Part shown: one piece after another, positions 1 to 11,066 of the stretch
Position numbering within the stretch: position 1 is the first letter of the stretch
Layout of the letters: every line of letters starts with the position of its first letter
IMG/VR virus record: IMGVR_UViG_3300037294_000266
Span: 202,647-266,646 of that record
Direction: 5' to 3' (one strand)
Length of the DNA: 64,000 bases
Translations under genes and position numbers: made by a program
Notes under the pieces: model-generated
Told to the model about the DNA's origin: nothing
Seen by the model: the letters and a program-made list of their open reading frames with translations, nothing else
Database searches by the model: none

Positions 1-25
1 AGACGAGGTTGCCAGTTTAGCAGGA

Positions 26-3000
26 ATGCGCAAAGCATTGATGTTTGCTTTGCCTTCTGGCTATGGCCTCGCTGCAGACACTATCGAAGATGTGAGTTCC
101 GATGTACGATCACTATACGATAAGATCACTGGGGAGCAACCAGATCTTATTCGCGGTGGTAAAAGCTTTGGCCGAAAGGCTATGGCGACCATCGGCAATC
201 GTGCATTACCTAAGAAGTTAGCCGATCGTCTTAACAACGCATTTGAGAAAGATGACGACTATAAAGTCAAGTCGAGTGCGGATTATAAACGTGAGCAGGA
301 AGAGAGCGATCTCGCCGGCCTAGCTGAAATCTTCAAAGCTAAAGGCTCCGTTGATGAAGAACGGGCAAAACAAGATAGTGTAAACCGCCTCGAAGACCGT
401 GCATTAGAACAGGTTCGTTTCAAGACCAACGTTCAAGCCCTGACCTCTATCAACAAGAGCATGGCACGTCTTGTTGGTTATCAGGACAAGGTTACAGCAC
501 GTTATCAGCAGAAGATGTTGGAACTGACGTATCGGCATTATGCCACGACGCGTCAGATGAACGACATGATGACGGAGAGCATGTCGAAACATTCTCAGAT
601 CCTTGAGAAGATCCGACATAACACCGCGCTACCGGAAGCCGTTAAGATCCGTGGCAGTGAGATGTTCAAACAGATGGCTCATCAACGTCTGATGGGTTCT
701 GGTCTCAATACCGTTTCTAACTTCACACAGAACTATGGCAAGCAAGTCATTGGCAATGTGTCAGGTATGATTCAGGGCATTATAGACCCTCTGCGTGATG
801 CATCACAAGCCACCGACATGGAAGGCATTGACCGTGTCAACCTAGGCGGTCAAGCAGTAGGCTCGGCTATCGGATCCGGGATCCGGGATTATGCCGCTAT
901 CCACGCAGCGCCGTTCCTCGCTAGAAATAAAACCATTGCTCGTGGTGGTGAGAAACTTCGTAATGCATTCACCGGTCTTCCTCAGCGGGTGAATGAATAC
1001 GCACAGTCTGAAACAGAAGGGACTGGGTTCCGTTCTACCATGACGCAGATGTTCAAGCAGTTCTTGCCGAAGTATCAGCAGGACAACTCTACTGGCGTTA
1101 AAGCAGTCAGTAAGCTTGATGAAATTGCAACCTTTGATAGCATCGCTCGACGTTCACTGATTGAGATCATTCCAGGCTACCTCTCTGAGATTGCACACTG
1201 GTCTAAGATTGCAGTCACTGGCGAGAAGAATGCTGAGAAGCAGGTCTACAACGTTACTCGAGGCGGGTTTACTTCCGAGAAGGAAAACCTCAGTGACGTA
1301 GGTCGTCAAATCTTTACTCGTTCTGAACGTGAATCGCTGCGCAGTGCTGCTGAAGACTTCCTCAAGGAGATTGGTGGCGACACCATGTCCGGAAGAGCCC
1401 AGCGTGCCTTAAAGCAGAAGATCCTCGACGAACTCGCAAACGGTCTCGACCTGGTTCCTTCACGTCTAATCAAACGTGAGCAATATGTTAATGTTCCTGA
1501 ACCGGTTGTTGATGAGATTGTATCGCTGATTGGCGACACATTCAATATCGATGAAGACGGTCGATCAATGGATGACAGCACGGGCGCTAAAGAACGTTTC
1601 AACGGTATCCGTGAGAAGTTCCTCAACATGAGCAGTATGATCCCGGCTATCGGCGATCGTATTCGTATCTTTAGCGATGTTCTCGGTTTGGATTCGATGC
1701 GTAAACTCGGCTACGTCGAGCGCAATGCTAAATCCCGCCAGGACAACATCAATACAAACCGGGCATGGAGCGATATTCTCGATGAGGATGACGAAGACAG
1801 CGCTAAGCGAGATGAGGAAGGTCGGAAGGATGCTTCTGATAAGTCTACTCGGGCTGGGCGTCGTGGTAATAAGCGCGGCAAAGGTGATGGTGATCTTACC
1901 CGTCGTGCTGATCGAGCTGACCATATGGCTAGTAACCGGGTGGCGGAAACAAGCCGACTCGGAGGACTCGAAAAATACCTAGGTGACAAGAGTACACTCA
2001 TCACATTGGTACGCGAGTCTCGCGACTTCCATTCCGAAACAGTTGAGCTTCTTAAACAACTTACCAATTGCAGTTGCGATGGAGTGGGTGGTTCGAAGTC
2101 TGACATGGATTGGAAGAGCGCTAGCAAAGAAAGTCTTGTTAATCGTTTTGCCGGTGCCACCGAAGCCATTAATAAGCACGCCAAGAAATCCAGTGACAAA
2201 CTCGGTCAGTTTAAAGCAACGGCTCAGGACATCTGGATACAAGGTGACGATCATCCTGCGCTAGAAGAATGGCGGATGAAAGCTGGTCAGTACCGTGATA
2301 AAACTACCGGTGCTACTATCAAGAAGTGGGACGACATCAAAGGCGATGTGGTCGATGTCCGCAACAAGACAGTGGCACGCTATAACGACTTGATGGAAAA
2401 TGCTGTCGTTGTAAACGGTAAAGGTAACGTCGTCAAGAAGGCCAGTGAGTTATTCACTCGCTTCAAGATGTCTCAAGCTGGTGCTGCAACTCAAGCGGCC
2501 GCTACTCACGTCAGTGCTAAAGGGGCGGAACTGTCAAGCTTTGCCAGTAAGGAAGGCCGTAAGTTCAAGCCACGTGTCAAGAAGATGATGAAGTTCTTTA
2601 CCGGTGAGAAAGCTGGTGCTGACATTTCGTCTGAACTGACAGGCAACCATGAAGATGACATGCTGACCATTGCACTCAGGTCGGCGCAGCTTCAATACCA
2701 GACGCTCAAGGAAGTCACTCAGGAGAAAGTCCGTAAGGGTTCTTACAAGGACCTCTGGGCTCGCCGTAAAGAAATCGGTCAGGATGCCAAAGATAAAGTC
2801 GCAGGTAAGTTTGACAATATCAAAGGCCTCTTTGGTAAAGGCGGTGCTTTGGCCGGACTGCTTGGTGGGGCGGGCGGTGAAGAAGATGGCGAAGAAGGTG
2901 GTGGGATCATGGATTCCATCGGAGACTTCATTGGCGGTGGGCGTGACGGTAAAGACGGTCGCAGTGGACGAGGTGGCAGAACAGCACGGCGTCGTGCAGG

Positions 3001-6000
3001 ACGTACTGGGAAGCTAGGCAAGATTGCTAACTGGGGTGGTCGCCAACTTGACAAGATGGGCAAATTCGGTAAGGCTGTTAAGTTCGGGGCTAAAGCAACC
3101 AAAGGACTTGGTCAAGCTGCTTGGTGGTTAACCAAAAACACTGCTAAGTTAGGGTGGGGCGCTGCTAAGTTTGGCGGACGTATCCTGGGCAGTCAAGCGC
3201 TACGTACAGGTGCCATGTTCGCTGGGCGAATGGCTCTGGGTGCTCTAATGGGTGCTGCCGGTCTAGTGAGCGCTCCAGTACTGGCAGGCATTGCCGTAGT
3301 AGGTGGTGTGATTGCAGTTGGGTCGATCATCTACAACATGTCTAAGGATGAACTACCTCCACTGACTCGCTTACGGATGGCGCAGTACGGTATCAAGCCA
3401 GCGGCGGACTCTGAAAAGGTCAAACAACTCCTGGCGCTTGAGAAACTCTTTGCTCAAGGAACATCTGTCGATTCAGAGAACAAGGCTAAGTTGGATACTA
3501 ACTCCATCCCTCTTAACAAAATAGCCGAGATCTTTAAGATCGATATGGAAGTACCCATGGAAGAGAACGATGCCATGCGGCGGCTGTCGGAATACCTGAA
3601 AGGGCGGTTCTCGGCAGTGTTCTTGGCTCACGTGTCTAATTACTACGCTCTCACTAAGTCGCTCGATCTTGCAGCGGTGGACAGTAAGGTAACGGGTAAA
3701 GCCGCGTTAGAGTTCTTGGGCAAAGTAGCCATGAAGGATCAGACTGTCGTATTCGATGCGATGATCAGTCCGTTTGACGATGATGATTTGGACATGGACT
3801 CTGGCGACGTCGAGGATATTTACGACGAAGCTAAAGAACTTATCGAAGAAGCTATCGAGAAGGGTGGAGATACCGACTCTGCTGCTGAGAAACATGCAGA
3901 CGCAGTCAAGAAAGGTATCGTTGCAGGTACTTCCGTAGCTGTAGGGACGGGCGTAGCAGCGACAACCGCTAGTGCGGCTAAGAAGGCCGAGTTGGCCAGT
4001 AGTGGTAAGAACTTCACGGGTGGCGGTAAAGCTACTGCTGAAGGTGTTAGCGGGGCTGTTAAGGCATCTGCTATACTTGTAGGCGGTGCTGCTGGTGCAA
4101 CCGTGATGGTAGCTGCTGCTGCTAACATGCAAGCGCGTTCTACAGAGCTCGACGATGGCAAGTCTATCCGGTACCGTGCATACGGTCTAACGGATATGTC
4201 AGAGTCTAAAATCGGTCACTTGTCTCAGTTGGAAGGCTTTTGCTATCCGTTGGTTACGTACAGTGCCGAAGGACAAGCTAATCTCAAGGACGAAGCTCTT
4301 GCGTATGCTGAGGCTGAGAAGATCTTTTCTCCAGTGGGTGAGGAAGCTGAAAACGTATACGTCTGGTTCCACCGTCGTTTTCTACCGGTGTTCCTGACGT
4401 ACTGTACCGAAGTGAGAGCGCGTGCTAATATCGACGCTGCCGATGCTTCGAAACGGATGAAGCCATCTGACTTCCTTGAAGTTCTTCGTGCTACTGTACG
4501 GGCTCATGACAGCGCCGGCATTCCTGTCTGGGACATCGACAATTCGCCATGGAACGGCTACTACATGAACGACGAACCAGAGTCTGTCAACGATGCTCTG
4601 TATTCACTGTCACTTAAAATTAAGGATAAGACCGTAACCGAATCGACCGTTGCTAACAAAGGACGTACTCGAGGACCTGACGGAGAATACACGGACGAAG
4701 ATCCTAACCAAACCAACAAACCTGCTTCGGCGAGTAATTCATCGTCTGGTGCAAGTGGTGGCAGTGGGAATGAAAGTGGCAAGAAGGATGAACCAGGGAT
4801 CCTGGGTAATCTTTGGAATGGGTTCAAGTCTGCAATTGGGATTGAGAGTAAAACTCCTCAATCCCCATCGACCCAAACCGGAGGAGGAGGCGCTACAGGT
4901 CCTACTTCTATCTCAGGAGGCCTTCCTGTAAACCATCCAGGTGGTGGATCAGGCGGCAGTATCAATGACATCCCACAACCTACAGGTACGGATTGGCAGA
5001 GCAACGCTGCTACCATCATGGCAGCGGCCAATATGGTCGGTGTAGATCCTTCACTAGCAGCCAGTATCGCCGGTGTAGAATCTGGTTACAATCCGACTGC
5101 CAGACCTTGGTCGAAGAAAGAACAGCGGTATCTTTCATCAGCAGCAGGTTACTTCCAAGTCATTAATGACACCTGGAAAGAACTGATGGGTAAGTATGGT
5201 TCTAAGTACGGCATCGATCCTAACGCAACCCAGATGGATCCTCGCGCCAATGCTCTTTTAGGATTGGAATATATCCGAGAGAATACTGAAGCTATTGGAG
5301 GAGTCGTCAAACGTGGTGTGACGGACACCGATGTTTACCTAGGGCACTTCCTTGGGACAGGTGGGGCCAAGCGTTTCCTTGCAGCGCCGCAGGGCGATCC
5401 GGCCATCAATCATGTCGGTGCAGATCAAGCCAGTGCCAACAAAGCTATCTTCTACGATCGCGGTGGTCGTCCACGAACTGTGGCTGCTGTGTGGTCTGAC
5501 TTTGATGCCAAATTGAAGAAACACCGCCAGCCCGATGCCCCTCAAATTGCAGCAACTGCACGAGGGGCTCCGTTACCAGTAGAAGCAGTGAGTACTGAGA
5601 CACCCGCAGCCGTAGCAGCCGCCATACCAAGCGATACACCCTCGCTGGTTAAAGGCACTGATACTGCAAGCACCACAAGTGCAAATACTGTGGCAGAAGC
5701 CTCCGCTCCTTCAGTTGATCAGAATCTGGCTACTAAAGCAGACGAACGTCAGGTGAATAACTCCACTGCCACGCTTGCAGTGTCGGCTCGGATTGCAGAG
5801 GCTCAAAGTTCTAATCAGGCTAAGGCTTCGGCCGATACCTACGGCGGGATGGATAAGGGGATGAGTCAGCTACTTGGTGTGAACGAGGCTCAACTCGAGC
5901 AGCTTATCACACTGGTTACGTTGATGCGCGATGGTAACGTTACACTGCCGAATGCTTCGGGACCCGCTACTAATCTAGTGGCGTCTACCAAGACTACGCA

Positions 6001-6064
6001 GAACCCGTCCATCAATACCGCCCAACCCGCTAAAAAGAGCACCGTCTCAGTGGCTCGCGCGTAA
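26..6064 (+). CDS. Large tail protein with C-terminal lytic transglycosylase (phiKZ gp181-like); 5'-truncated
   Basis: Frame is open from position 2, so the true start probably lies upstream. SLT-like region near the C-terminus (AASIAGVESGYNPTA...SSAAGYFQVINDTW...DPRANALLGLEY...VYLGHFLGTGGA). Central hydrophobic Gly/Ala segments. Confidence 0.85.
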   Translation: MRKALMFALPSGYGLAADTIEDVSSDVRSLYDKITGEQPDLIRGGKSFGRKAMATIGNRALPKKLADRLNNAFEKDDDYKVKSSADYKREQEESDLAGLAEIFKAKGSVDEERAKQDSVNRLEDRALEQVRFKTNVQALTSINKSMARLVGYQDKVTARYQQKMLELTYRHYATTRQMNDMMTESMSKHSQILEKIRHNTALPEAVKIRGSEMFKQMAHQRLMGSGLNTVSNFTQNYGKQVIGNVSGMIQGIIDPLRDASQATDMEGIDRVNLGGQAVGSAIGSGIRDYAAIHAAPFLARNKTIARGGEKLRNAFTGLPQRVNEYAQSETEGTGFRSTMTQMFKQFLPKYQQDNSTGVKAVSKLDEIATFDSIARRSLIEIIPGYLSEIAHWSKIAVTGEKNAEKQVYNVTRGGFTSEKENLSDVGRQIFTRSERESLRSAAEDFLKEIGGDTMSGRAQRALKQKILDELANGLDLVPSRLIKREQYVNVPEPVVDEIVSLIGDTFNIDEDGRSMDDSTGAKERFNGIREKFLNMSSMIPAIGDRIRIFSDVLGLDSMRKLGYVERNAKSRQDNINTNRAWSDILDEDDEDSAKRDEEGRKDASDKSTRAGRRGNKRGKGDGDLTRRADRADHMASNRVAETSRLGGLEKYLGDKSTLITLVRESRDFHSETVELLKQLTNCSCDGVGGSKSDMDWKSASKESLVNRFAGATEAINKHAKKSSDKLGQFKATAQDIWIQGDDHPALEEWRMKAGQYRDKTTGATIKKWDDIKGDVVDVRNKTVARYNDLMENAVVVNGKGNVVKKASELFTRFKMSQAGAATQAAATHVSAKGAELSSFASKEGRKFKPRVKKMMKFFTGEKAGADISSELTGNHEDDMLTIALRSAQLQYQTLKEVTQEKVRKGSYKDLWARRKEIGQDAKDKVAGKFDNIKGLFGKGGALAGLLGGAGGEEDGEEGGGIMDSIGDFIGGGRDGKDGRSGRGGRTARRRAGRTGKLGKIANWGGRQLDKMGKFGKAVKFGAKATKGLGQAAWWLTKNTAKLGWGAAKFGGRILGSQALRTGAMFAGRMALGALMGAAGLVSAPVLAGIAVVGGVIAVGSIIYNMSKDELPPLTRLRMAQYGIKPAADSEKVKQLLALEKLFAQGTSVDSENKAKLDTNSIPLNKIAEIFKIDMEVPMEENDAMRRLSEYLKGRFSAVFLAHVSNYYALTKSLDLAAVDSKVTGKAALEFLGKVAMKDQTVVFDAMISPFDDDDLDMDSGDVEDIYDEAKELIEEAIEKGGDTDSAAEKHADAVKKGIVAGTSVAVGTGVAATTASAAKKAELASSGKNFTGGGKATAEGVSGAVKASAILVGGAAGATVMVAAAANMQARSTELDDGKSIRYRAYGLTDMSESKIGHLSQLEGFCYPLVTYSAEGQANLKDEALAYAEAEKIFSPVGEEAENVYVWFHRRFLPVFLTYCTEVRARANIDAADASKRMKPSDFLEVLRATVRAHDSAGIPVWDIDNSPWNGYYMNDEPESVNDALYSLSLKIKDKTVTESTVANKGRTRGPDGEYTDEDPNQTNKPASASNSSSGASGGSGNESGKKDEPGILGNLWNGFKSAIGIESKTPQSPSTQTGGGGATGPTSISGGLPVNHPGGGSGGSINDIPQPTGTDWQSNAATIMAAANMVGVDPSLAASIAGVESGYNPTARPWSKKEQRYLSSAAGYFQVINDTWKELMGKYGSKYGIDPNATQMDPRANALLGLEYIRENTEAIGGVVKRGVTDTDVYLGHFLGTGGAKRFLAAPQGDPAINHVGADQASANKAIFYDRGGRPRTVAAVWSDFDAKLKKHRQPDAPQIAATARGAPLPVEAVSTETPAAVAAAIPSDTPSLVKGTDTASTTSANTVAEASAPSVDQNLATKADERQVNNSTATLAVSARIAEAQSSNQAKASADTYGGMDKGMSQLLGVNEAQLEQLITLVTLMRDGNVTLPNASGPATNLVASTKTTQNPSINTAQPAKKSTVSVARA

Positions 6065-6066
6065 CT

Positions 6067-6099
6067 CATAGGTGAGAGGGGCGACCCTCTCACCTTTAT
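6067..6099 (+). terminator. Hairpin after tail lysin gene
   Basis: aggtgagaggg-gcga-ccctctcacct followed by ttatttt. Confidence 0.7.
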
Positions 6100-6117
6100 T
6101 TTCTTCAGAGGTTAGGT

Positions 6118-8223
6118 ATGGACAACATTCTGGATGATACCTGGGTAAAGTCAGCGTTCTGGCTACCTACTGATCAGGTCGACGGTGGGAACAGTGCTAT
6201 CGTCAACCGTATCTATTCGACATCAATGCAGAAAGCTACTGACACAACACTCGGTGGTAATTTCGTAATCAATCCGCTTCCACAGTTCACTCGTTATGCC
6301 GACCTGAAACACAACATTTTCAGTAACGCCAATGGTCGAGGCAACACCACGTTAATTCCTAATGTGTCACGCTCTAATAAAACATCGAGCTCGTCATCTA
6401 ATGGCATGGGCCGTGTGTATTCTGAGAAGTACGACGACAACATGCAGGTGGTCCATTTCAGAATGGGGTTCCCGCAGTTCAACAGTCTTACTTCGTTCTA
6501 TGCGAACTACTATTCGATCCCTGCCGCTTCAATGGCACGGTCTGGCCGAGCCCCAGGGTTCTTCTATACCTTGGGGTACGCGGTAGGTTCGGTTGCAACC
6601 ATTCCAGCCATGCCATTCATCTTTGCTGGCAAGGTAATGAAGTTCTTCCTCCGTCGTCCGGCGAGTAAGTATTATTACCTCAAACACAGCATGCTTCCAT
6701 ACTGGAGCGCTGTGTCATCCATGACCAACGGCATTGCCGCTACTATGGGCATCATGCCACGTCCTCTGTATGAAGGTAACAAAGCGCTATACGAGAAAGA
6801 CACAGGCCTTGAAGACGGCGATATCGCCGGCTACCATAAACTGATCCCAAGCATCTATCGTAAGAACGGCGGTATCGACGTTTTTGCTGTGGCGCAGCGC
6901 GGACAGTTGCTGGTTAACATGCGCCGTGAACTCTTGAGCGAACAGTTAGACAAACAAACTACTCGTGAGGGTGTTCGTGAGACGTTCAAGAAGATCATGT
7001 ACGGCGACGACATGTCCAATGTCTACGCAGCTGCCACCAAAGCGTCTTCTACGTATGAAGACTACATGGAAGCTTGGCGCGGTAGTGAGTTACTAGGTAA
7101 GGTAGCCACGAAGGTCGATGCGGATACAGGCGAGATCACCATTGATGAAGGAGAGAGCGTCGGCCTTGAACAGGTAGGTCGTGTCGATGATGGGTTCTTC
7201 AATCGTCTTGGTGAAGCGTTTAAGTCTGAGCGACGCATGGGTTCTGACTTCTTGTCATTACGTGTAGATTTCACAGGCACTCAGACCGAGTCGTTTAACA
7301 ACTCGGCCAAAGAACCTTCCATTAGCGGACAGATCAACAGCATTTCAGCCTCGGCTCGTGAAACTCGATTCAGTATGTTTGATGGCAATATCGATGGAGC
7401 GGGAATCATTGGCGGGGCATTGGGGGCGTTCAAGGATCTAGCGAGCGGATTAGGTGAAGGATTCGGCGTGCAAGGACTTGCTCAGTTGGCTGGTAATGCC
7501 TTCGTCGATATCCCTAAGGTGTGGGATAGTTCTAGCTGTGACTTTAACAAGCTCACGTTGAACATCCCACTACGATCTCCATATGGAGATCCGTTGTCAC
7601 GGCTGCAGAACCTTATATTCCCAATGTGTTGTCTGTTTGCAATGTCAGTACCACTGGCAACAGGTAAGCAGTCTCACACCGCGCCATTCCTGATCGAGTA
7701 CTTCGCTCAAGGCCGAGCTCACTCGCGGCTGGCCATGGTTGAAAGCTTGACCATGACGCGGGGGGTTGGTGATATCGGTTGGAACAATACCGGTGGGTTC
7801 TTGGGAGTTGATGTTCAGTTAGGTCTACTTGATCTTACTAACGCTATCAACATGCCGATTAATCCTTCCATGGAATTGTCAGAACGTGTAATCCAAGCTG
7901 CTGGCTATGGTACAGGCGCTGCGATCTCTTGGTTCGGTGGCGGTAATGCTGGTTCTGGTGGAGAATCTGGCGCTGCGGTGGCCAGTGCTCTTCTCGGCTC
8001 CACTTACGATGATGACAACAACTATTCAGACTACCTGGCTATCTTAGCAGGAACGCCTCTAGAAGCTGAGATAAATGCGCTTCGTAAATGGGCAGTTCGA
8101 CTAGCAAGGCAACAGGCTGCATTCGATGATGCTCATTCTCCTGAGCGCATGGCAATGTGGGCAGGAGAGACGCTCGTTGGCGAAGTTGCCAAAGCGTTCT
8201 CCATGGCTACAGATCGACAATGA
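6118..8223 (+). CDS. Virion structural protein, baseplate/tail (phiKZ gp182-like)
   Basis: 701-aa ORF directly after the gp181-like gene, with RBS gaggt; position matches phiKZ-like synteny as recalled. Confidence 0.6.
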   Translation: MDNILDDTWVKSAFWLPTDQVDGGNSAIVNRIYSTSMQKATDTTLGGNFVINPLPQFTRYADLKHNIFSNANGRGNTTLIPNVSRSNKTSSSSSNGMGRVYSEKYDDNMQVVHFRMGFPQFNSLTSFYANYYSIPAASMARSGRAPGFFYTLGYAVGSVATIPAMPFIFAGKVMKFFLRRPASKYYYLKHSMLPYWSAVSSMTNGIAATMGIMPRPLYEGNKALYEKDTGLEDGDIAGYHKLIPSIYRKNGGIDVFAVAQRGQLLVNMRRELLSEQLDKQTTREGVRETFKKIMYGDDMSNVYAAATKASSTYEDYMEAWRGSELLGKVATKVDADTGEITIDEGESVGLEQVGRVDDGFFNRLGEAFKSERRMGSDFLSLRVDFTGTQTESFNNSAKEPSISGQINSISASARETRFSMFDGNIDGAGIIGGALGAFKDLASGLGEGFGVQGLAQLAGNAFVDIPKVWDSSSCDFNKLTLNIPLRSPYGDPLSRLQNLIFPMCCLFAMSVPLATGKQSHTAPFLIEYFAQGRAHSRLAMVESLTMTRGVGDIGWNNTGGFLGVDVQLGLLDLTNAINMPINPSMELSERVIQAAGYGTGAAISWFGGGNAGSGGESGAAVASALLGSTYDDDNNYSDYLAILAGTPLEAEINALRKWAVRLARQQAAFDDAHSPERMAMWAGETLVGEVAKAFSMATDRQ

Positions 8224-8228
8224 CACGG

Positions 8229-8260
8229 CATACAGGGAGGGCGTTTGCCCTCCCTGTATG
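8229..8260. terminator. Bidirectional hairpin between convergent genes
   Basis: Perfect 14-bp stem catacagggagggc-gttt-gccctccctgtatg. Confidence 0.8.
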
Positions 8261-8263
8261 TTG

Positions 8264-9325
8264 TTATGCCACACTCACCATCAAAGGATATTGCTCACGT
8301 GTAATCTCTGCAATGGTTGCTTCTGGATAATGTCGGGCAAGTTGTACAGCATGACCTATTTCGTCATCAAGTTCCAGTAGTCGTTTGACATCGTCAGACA
8401 TCGTAGCGATGTACTTCATGTCGATAATGTCTGTACCATTCTGATCGTAGAGATACCACCGAGGGTCGAGTTCCTTCATTTTGCCAATGAGTTCCACGGA
8501 AGTATCTTCCATAGACTGACCTAGGTTACCAGGCAGTTTGAACCTTGACAAGAACGTAGGTATAAAATCAGGTTGACAGGCCATGATTTCATCTTTAGGT
8601 AGGTTATCGAACAGATGATTAAGCGATGTCATCTCACCAGCGTATGCTACTGTAGGTGTAATGAACCGAAGTGCCTGCTGATAAACTTCCACGTCAACGA
8701 AATCACGTACGATTCCAATGTATTCGCCAACGCCTTCTTCTACAGCAGTAGCTAACGTCCCAGCCCAAACCGCTGCTTCATAACCAATGTTGACGTACTC
8801 GGTTATATCAACATACTCGGTCAGCGAACCAATCAATCCAGTGAGTTCACTGTACGCCATGATATTGGTCGGGTCACCGTATTGGATCTGATACGCGACA
8901 TCACCAGCAGTGGTCTGTACTTTGGTGATGAACTCGGGACTTAGATCTAAGAACCCACCGGCTTTGTTAAGGATAGATTCGCTAGCAGACTTTAAGATAC
9001 CGGCCCCCGAACTACCGAACATCCCCATACCAGCTTCCAACAATTGACGCCCTGTTGCACCCGAACTCTTCAGGTTCATAATGGCAGCAACACTTCGAGC
9101 GATGTTATTTGCACCACCGCCACGATCAATTAATTTCTCACCCATGCCTTTAGCAGCATCGAAAAGTTTATTAATCGGTTTAGTATCGGTTATCTCATAC
9201 GCATCAGCAGATGTGAGTTCCTCAGACGCGTCTGTTTTGAAAAGTGGGGAGGCGATTAAGCTCATGTTGCACTCCAGACAAAGAAAAAAAGAAAGGAGAT
9301 GGAAGATGGGGGCCGGAGCCCCCAT
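8264..9325 (-). CDS. Hypothetical, probably virion structural protein
   Basis: 353-aa ORF in the tail module; no catalytic motif. Confidence 0.5.
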   Translation of the reverse strand: MGAPAPIFHLLSFFLCLECNMSLIASPLFKTDASEELTSADAYEITDTKPINKLFDAAKGMGEKLIDRGGGANNIARSVAAIMNLKSSGATGRQLLEAGMGMFGSSGAGILKSASESILNKAGGFLDLSPEFITKVQTTAGDVAYQIQYGDPTNIMAYSELTGLIGSLTEYVDITEYVNIGYEAAVWAGTLATAVEEGVGEYIGIVRDFVDVEVYQQALRFITPTVAYAGEMTSLNHLFDNLPKDEIMACQPDFIPTFLSRFKLPGNLGQSMEDTSVELIGKMKELDPRWYLYDQNGTDIIDMKYIATMSDDVKRLLELDDEIGHAVQLARHYPEATIAEITREQYPLMVSVA

Positions 9326-9328
9326 CTA

Positions 9329-9898
9329 TCACTTCGGTGCTTGATCGGTTTGACGATTCATCAAACCATCTGGACTGTTCAGATGAAACTCGATTTCATC
9401 GAGAATCTCTTTACGGATCACATTCAGATCGCCAGTGTTGATCAGCGCTGTACGTAACAACTGCCAGAAATCCAACTGCCACTGATGGTGAGTCAGGGGT
9501 TGGACACGGTCGCTGTATACGTAGTAGTGTGCCAGAGGCAGATCGTTTTCTTTTAACTGCTTTTGCAGTGTAGGATTCCGATCCAGCTTTTCCAACATGC
9601 CCAACTTAAACATCTTGTTGAACAGAGGATAGAGCTTACTTGGCATTTTCTTACCAAGTTCGCGGGCGCGCAGACCTTTGATGATTCGAAACGAATCATC
9701 AGCAAAGCCGGTCTTCATGTAATACCACAGTCCTTCCAAAGTACGGAAGTGGCCGAAGTACGGGTGTTCAATATTACAGTCGCTCAAATTACTCAAGCCA
9801 CGACCGAGGACAGTTGCCCCTCGGGTATAAACGTTGACATGACTCACTCCATCTTCCGACGGAATGAATTCTGATTTGGCTCGGGTGTCGGTAGACAT
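9329..9898 (-). CDS. Conserved jumbo-phage hypothetical protein (possibly NADAR-like fold)
   Basis: EDGVSHVNVYTRGATVLGRGLSN...GHFRTLEGLWYYMK is a motif type recalled from large phages; fold is inference. Confidence 0.45.
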   Translation of the reverse strand: MSTDTRAKSEFIPSEDGVSHVNVYTRGATVLGRGLSNLSDCNIEHPYFGHFRTLEGLWYYMKTGFADDSFRIIKGLRARELGKKMPSKLYPLFNKMFKLGMLEKLDRNPTLQKQLKENDLPLAHYYVYSDRVQPLTHHQWQLDFWQLLRTALINTGDLNVIRKEILDEIEFHLNSPDGLMNRQTDQAPK

Positions 9899-9933
9899 GG
9901 CGGTTTCCCATTAGTTGTCTGACGGCGGGACGA

Positions 9934-10512
9934 TTAATCGTCGATGGAGTGAGTGTGCCGGATTGAGCGCGAAGCAATTTCAGCGCGCTTATCGTGACTG
10001 CTCATGCCATGATCAACAATCTGTCCAACCACTTCGGAAACATCCTCTGCGGTGATGTACTGGCCGTCTTCGTCATCGTCATAATCAATGATGTCTTGGT
10101 CAGAAGTCATCTTCCCACCAATCATGGCTTGCACAGAATCGATCTCAGTGTAGGGATTTTGGATTCTCCCTGAAGACACTTTAATCTTACGCCCGTCCCG
10201 AAGAATCAGTGTGGCATCCATAGAATACTCGAGAGGACCGAGTATCTGCACTGCCTTCTGAAATGTTTTCCAGGTGATTTCACGTTTAGCGATGGCCCGG
10301 TTGAAGTTATTTCGCTCCTGTCCGATGTCCTTTGCTGTCTTTCTGACTCGTGATAATCGACTCTTCAGGAAGAGGGTGAGACGACGGTTCCAGCGATCCG
10401 GTCCCATGTCAACCTCAACAAGAATCAGACGAAACAATTTGGTGAGAGGGTTGTCGGCCTCCTTCACTAATTTGTCTTTCGCAATCATCATGCGTACTTG
10501 TTCTTTGCTCAT
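9934..10512 (-). CDS. Hypothetical protein
   Basis: 192-aa ORF in a co-oriented run; basic N-terminus, acidic C-terminus. Confidence 0.6.
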   Translation of the reverse strand: MSKEQVRMMIAKDKLVKEADNPLTKLFRLILVEVDMGPDRWNRRLTLFLKSRLSRVRKTAKDIGQERNNFNRAIAKREITWKTFQKAVQILGPLEYSMDATLILRDGRKIKVSSGRIQNPYTEIDSVQAMIGGKMTSDQDIIDYDDDEDGQYITAEDVSEVVGQIVDHGMSSHDKRAEIASRSIRHTHSIDD

Positions 10513-10530
10513 TGGTAAGTACCTGGGTGA

Positions 10531-11007
10531 TTATCGTGTACATTCTCTTGAGGCTATAATCAGCGCAAGGATGTCTTCGATAACAAAGTTACATTTCCGT
10601 TGGTAGTAAACACTGTCTGATTCATCAAGCTTCATGAATGCATCCAGTAACTTTATGATGTAATGGCGGTGTTCACGTACCCAGTCTATAGGGTGTATCA
10701 CATGATCCCCATCGCTGATGAACGTCTCGAGCACGGTGCTTCTATAGACCAATGGATTGCTCCATGGACCAGAGAAGTGTCTTGCCTCACTGACTACCAC
10801 TGACGCGTCGATAAGACGTTCAGATAGCATGTCCAAATCATCGGACACTACAGACAGTTTGACAACTCGAGCTTTGGGTATTGAGAAGTGCTTTGTTGTT
10901 AATTCATCTACATCTCCTAGTTGGTTGATAAGACTTTCATAAATAGTTTCGCCTTGGATCGGCTCCGGATGACGTCTCCACAGCCATTTAAAAAATGATT
11001 TAAGCAT
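10531..11007 (-). CDS. Hypothetical protein
   Basis: 158-aa ORF in a co-oriented run. Confidence 0.6.
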   Translation of the reverse strand: MLKSFFKWLWRRHPEPIQGETIYESLINQLGDVDELTTKHFSIPKARVVKLSVVSDDLDMLSERLIDASVVVSEARHFSGPWSNPLVYRSTVLETFISDGDHVIHPIDWVREHRHYIIKLLDAFMKLDESDSVYYQRKCNFVIEDILALIIASRECTR

Positions 11008-11066
11008 GATGGCCCCATGTATGTTAGCCGATCTTATGATAAGACTAACCTTTTCGGAGAGTTCCG

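Noticed and set aside
404-6093. Many 60-160 aa alternative-frame or antisense ORFs inside the gp181-like gene, and similar ones throughout the window
   Set aside because: Fully nested in long genes with clear motifs; expected by chance at this GC content.
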